Source of the DNA: an uncultured Armatimonadetes bacterium
Lineage (GTDB): Bacteria > Armatimonadota > Hebobacteria > Hebobacterales > Hebobacteraceae
DNA length: 64,000 nucleotides
Assembly (NCBI GenBank): GCA_963716175.1
Contig: OY970296.1
Location: 3,584,001 to 3,648,000, forward strand
Reading direction: 5' to 3'
Shown here piece after piece: positions 62,911 to 64,000 of this stretch. Every line of letters begins with the position of its first letter. The first letter of the stretch is position 1. The translations under genes and the position numbers were made by a program. The notes under the pieces were generated by a model. That model was not told the DNA's origin and ran no database searches. It saw only the letters and a program-made list of their open reading frames with translations.

Positions 62911-62966
62911 TCGCCCAGGGGTAATGACACGAGACGCGACCCAAGGGCTAACGAAAAGGGTGCACA

Positions 62967-63401
62967 TTGTTCTGCCGACTATATGAAAGACAACTGTCCT
63001 CATACGTAGATGGTGAGCTGCCGGCGGCGCGAGCGGCGCGGGTGGAGGCTCATCTCAGGGTCTGCCCGCACTGCCGCGGCGAGCTGAACGCCATGATCGG
63101 GATCGCCGGGCACATCCGGGCCGCCTCCAAGCAGTTCCAGGTGAGCCAGGATTTCGACCAGCGGGTGCTGCGCGCGGTGGGATACATCCAGATCACCGGC
63201 CGGCAGGTCGCGCACCGCTCCTACCTGCGGCCCCTGGTGATGCTGATGCTGGCCTTGCTGGCCTTGCTGGGGCTGATCTGGCACTACCTCTCACCCCCGC
63301 CTGTCGCGCAGCCGCAGGCCGCCGCAGCCGAAATCGCCCCCGCGCCGGCCAGCTCCCCAATCCCCGTCGCGCCACCCCAGCAGGAGCGCAGCGGCCGGTA
63401 G
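62967..63401 (+). CDS. zf-HC2 anti-sigma factor
   Basis: LSSYVDGEL...HLRVCPHC, single TM. Confidence 0.9.
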   Translation: MFCRLYERQLSSYVDGELPAARAARVEAHLRVCPHCRGELNAMIGIAGHIRAASKQFQVSQDFDQRVLRAVGYIQITGRQVAHRSYLRPLVMLMLALLALLGLIWHYLSPPPVAQPQAAAAEIAPAPASSPIPVAPPQQERSGR

Positions 63402-63458
63402 CAGCAGCAGCGGCGCAGCCCTGCTCGTAGGGCTGCGGCTCACTGAGGTTGCTCTCGC

Positions 63459-63487
63459 TGTCATGCTGAGCGCAGCGAAGCACCTCG
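63459..63487 (+). repeat. TGTCATGCTGAG-type repeat (second REP-like family; related copy near 23000)
   Basis: tgtcatgctgagcgcagcgaagcacctc; tgtcatcctgag at 23000-23011. Confidence 0.55.
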
Positions 63488-63600
63488 TCGTTGACCTACG
63501 ACGCAGACCTGGACCTTCCGCCTACACCGGGGAGACGTCAATCGCTTGCGCGGCCGCTCCGGCAGGTGTACAATCCGGCTCGACGGGCCGAGCGAAGCGA

Positions 63601-63870
63601 ATGGAGGGGGACCTGGCGCCGCACGACGCCGCTTTCCACACCGGAGTTCACCCCGAGTGGAGCCAGGCCGTGTTTGTCCCACCCGCGGGGTGGAACGTGA
63701 ACGACTGGGCGCGTATAGCGTGCAACAGTGCGTATCCCTGGGCGTATGGCGGCACCTTCGGCAGTCCGCTGCAGAAGATACTCGAGTGGCTCCGCGGGGT
63801 GTTGGGCAAGCCCGCGACCCCGCCCGCCACTCCCTGGTGGCCCCCCGGCTGGGGGAAAGTCGAGGAGTGA
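63601..63870 (+). CDS. hypothetical protein or orphan gene fragment
   Basis: GC3-rich codons from 63601 to the stop; the MLSAAKHL start at 63463 is only the translated repeat. Confidence 0.35.
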   Translation: MEGDLAPHDAAFHTGVHPEWSQAVFVPPAGWNVNDWARIACNSAYPWAYGGTFGSPLQKILEWLRGVLGKPATPPATPWWPPGWGKVEE

Positions 63871-64000
63871 AGTTGCATCTCGCTAAAGCGCTCCTAGCGG
63901 CTGCGCGTCGGCCAAGACATACGCGGCATCTGGCGCGTTTCTGTCGGCCTCTGCGGCTCTGGCCGCTGGCGCGGGAACCTGGCAGCTCTGGGTTTCGCCG

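Overview
High-GC bacterial chromosomal segment, mostly housekeeping genes: SPOR-grpE-ftsZ, mtnP-dprA, aroF, rho, guaB3-guaA-hpt, yebC-radical SAM pair-RNase E/G, copA, trpB2, mutS, mutS2, thyX, rtcA, TolC, a T-box-controlled ilvD-ilvB-ilvN-ilvC-leuA-leuC-leuD operon and two ECF sigma/anti-sigma pairs. The mix of TolC, a T-box, DUF951 and GuaB3 suggests a diderm Terrabacteria lineage such as Armatimonadota (inference). A 28-bp dif-like XerC/XerD site lies at 9678-9705. The most striking signal is a set of small palindromic elements around a REP-associated tyrosine transposase (RAYT, 41714-42190). There are about 20 GTAG-REPs, and at least five supply a gene's TAG stop codon. A distinct ~50-bp cloverleaf element (TGGCTARG...CCGCCATGGCGG...CCTAGCCA) is inserted cleanly, without target duplication, into both a REP and T-box stem I. 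Other mini-palindromes sit in frame inside rtcA, an ABC solute-binding protein and possibly mutS2. Also notable are an IlvC with an acidic cofactor loop (possibly NADH-preferring) and a structured guaB leader. Seven genes carry single frameshifts, most likely read/assembly indels. All calls were made by eye; no searches or folding programs were run.
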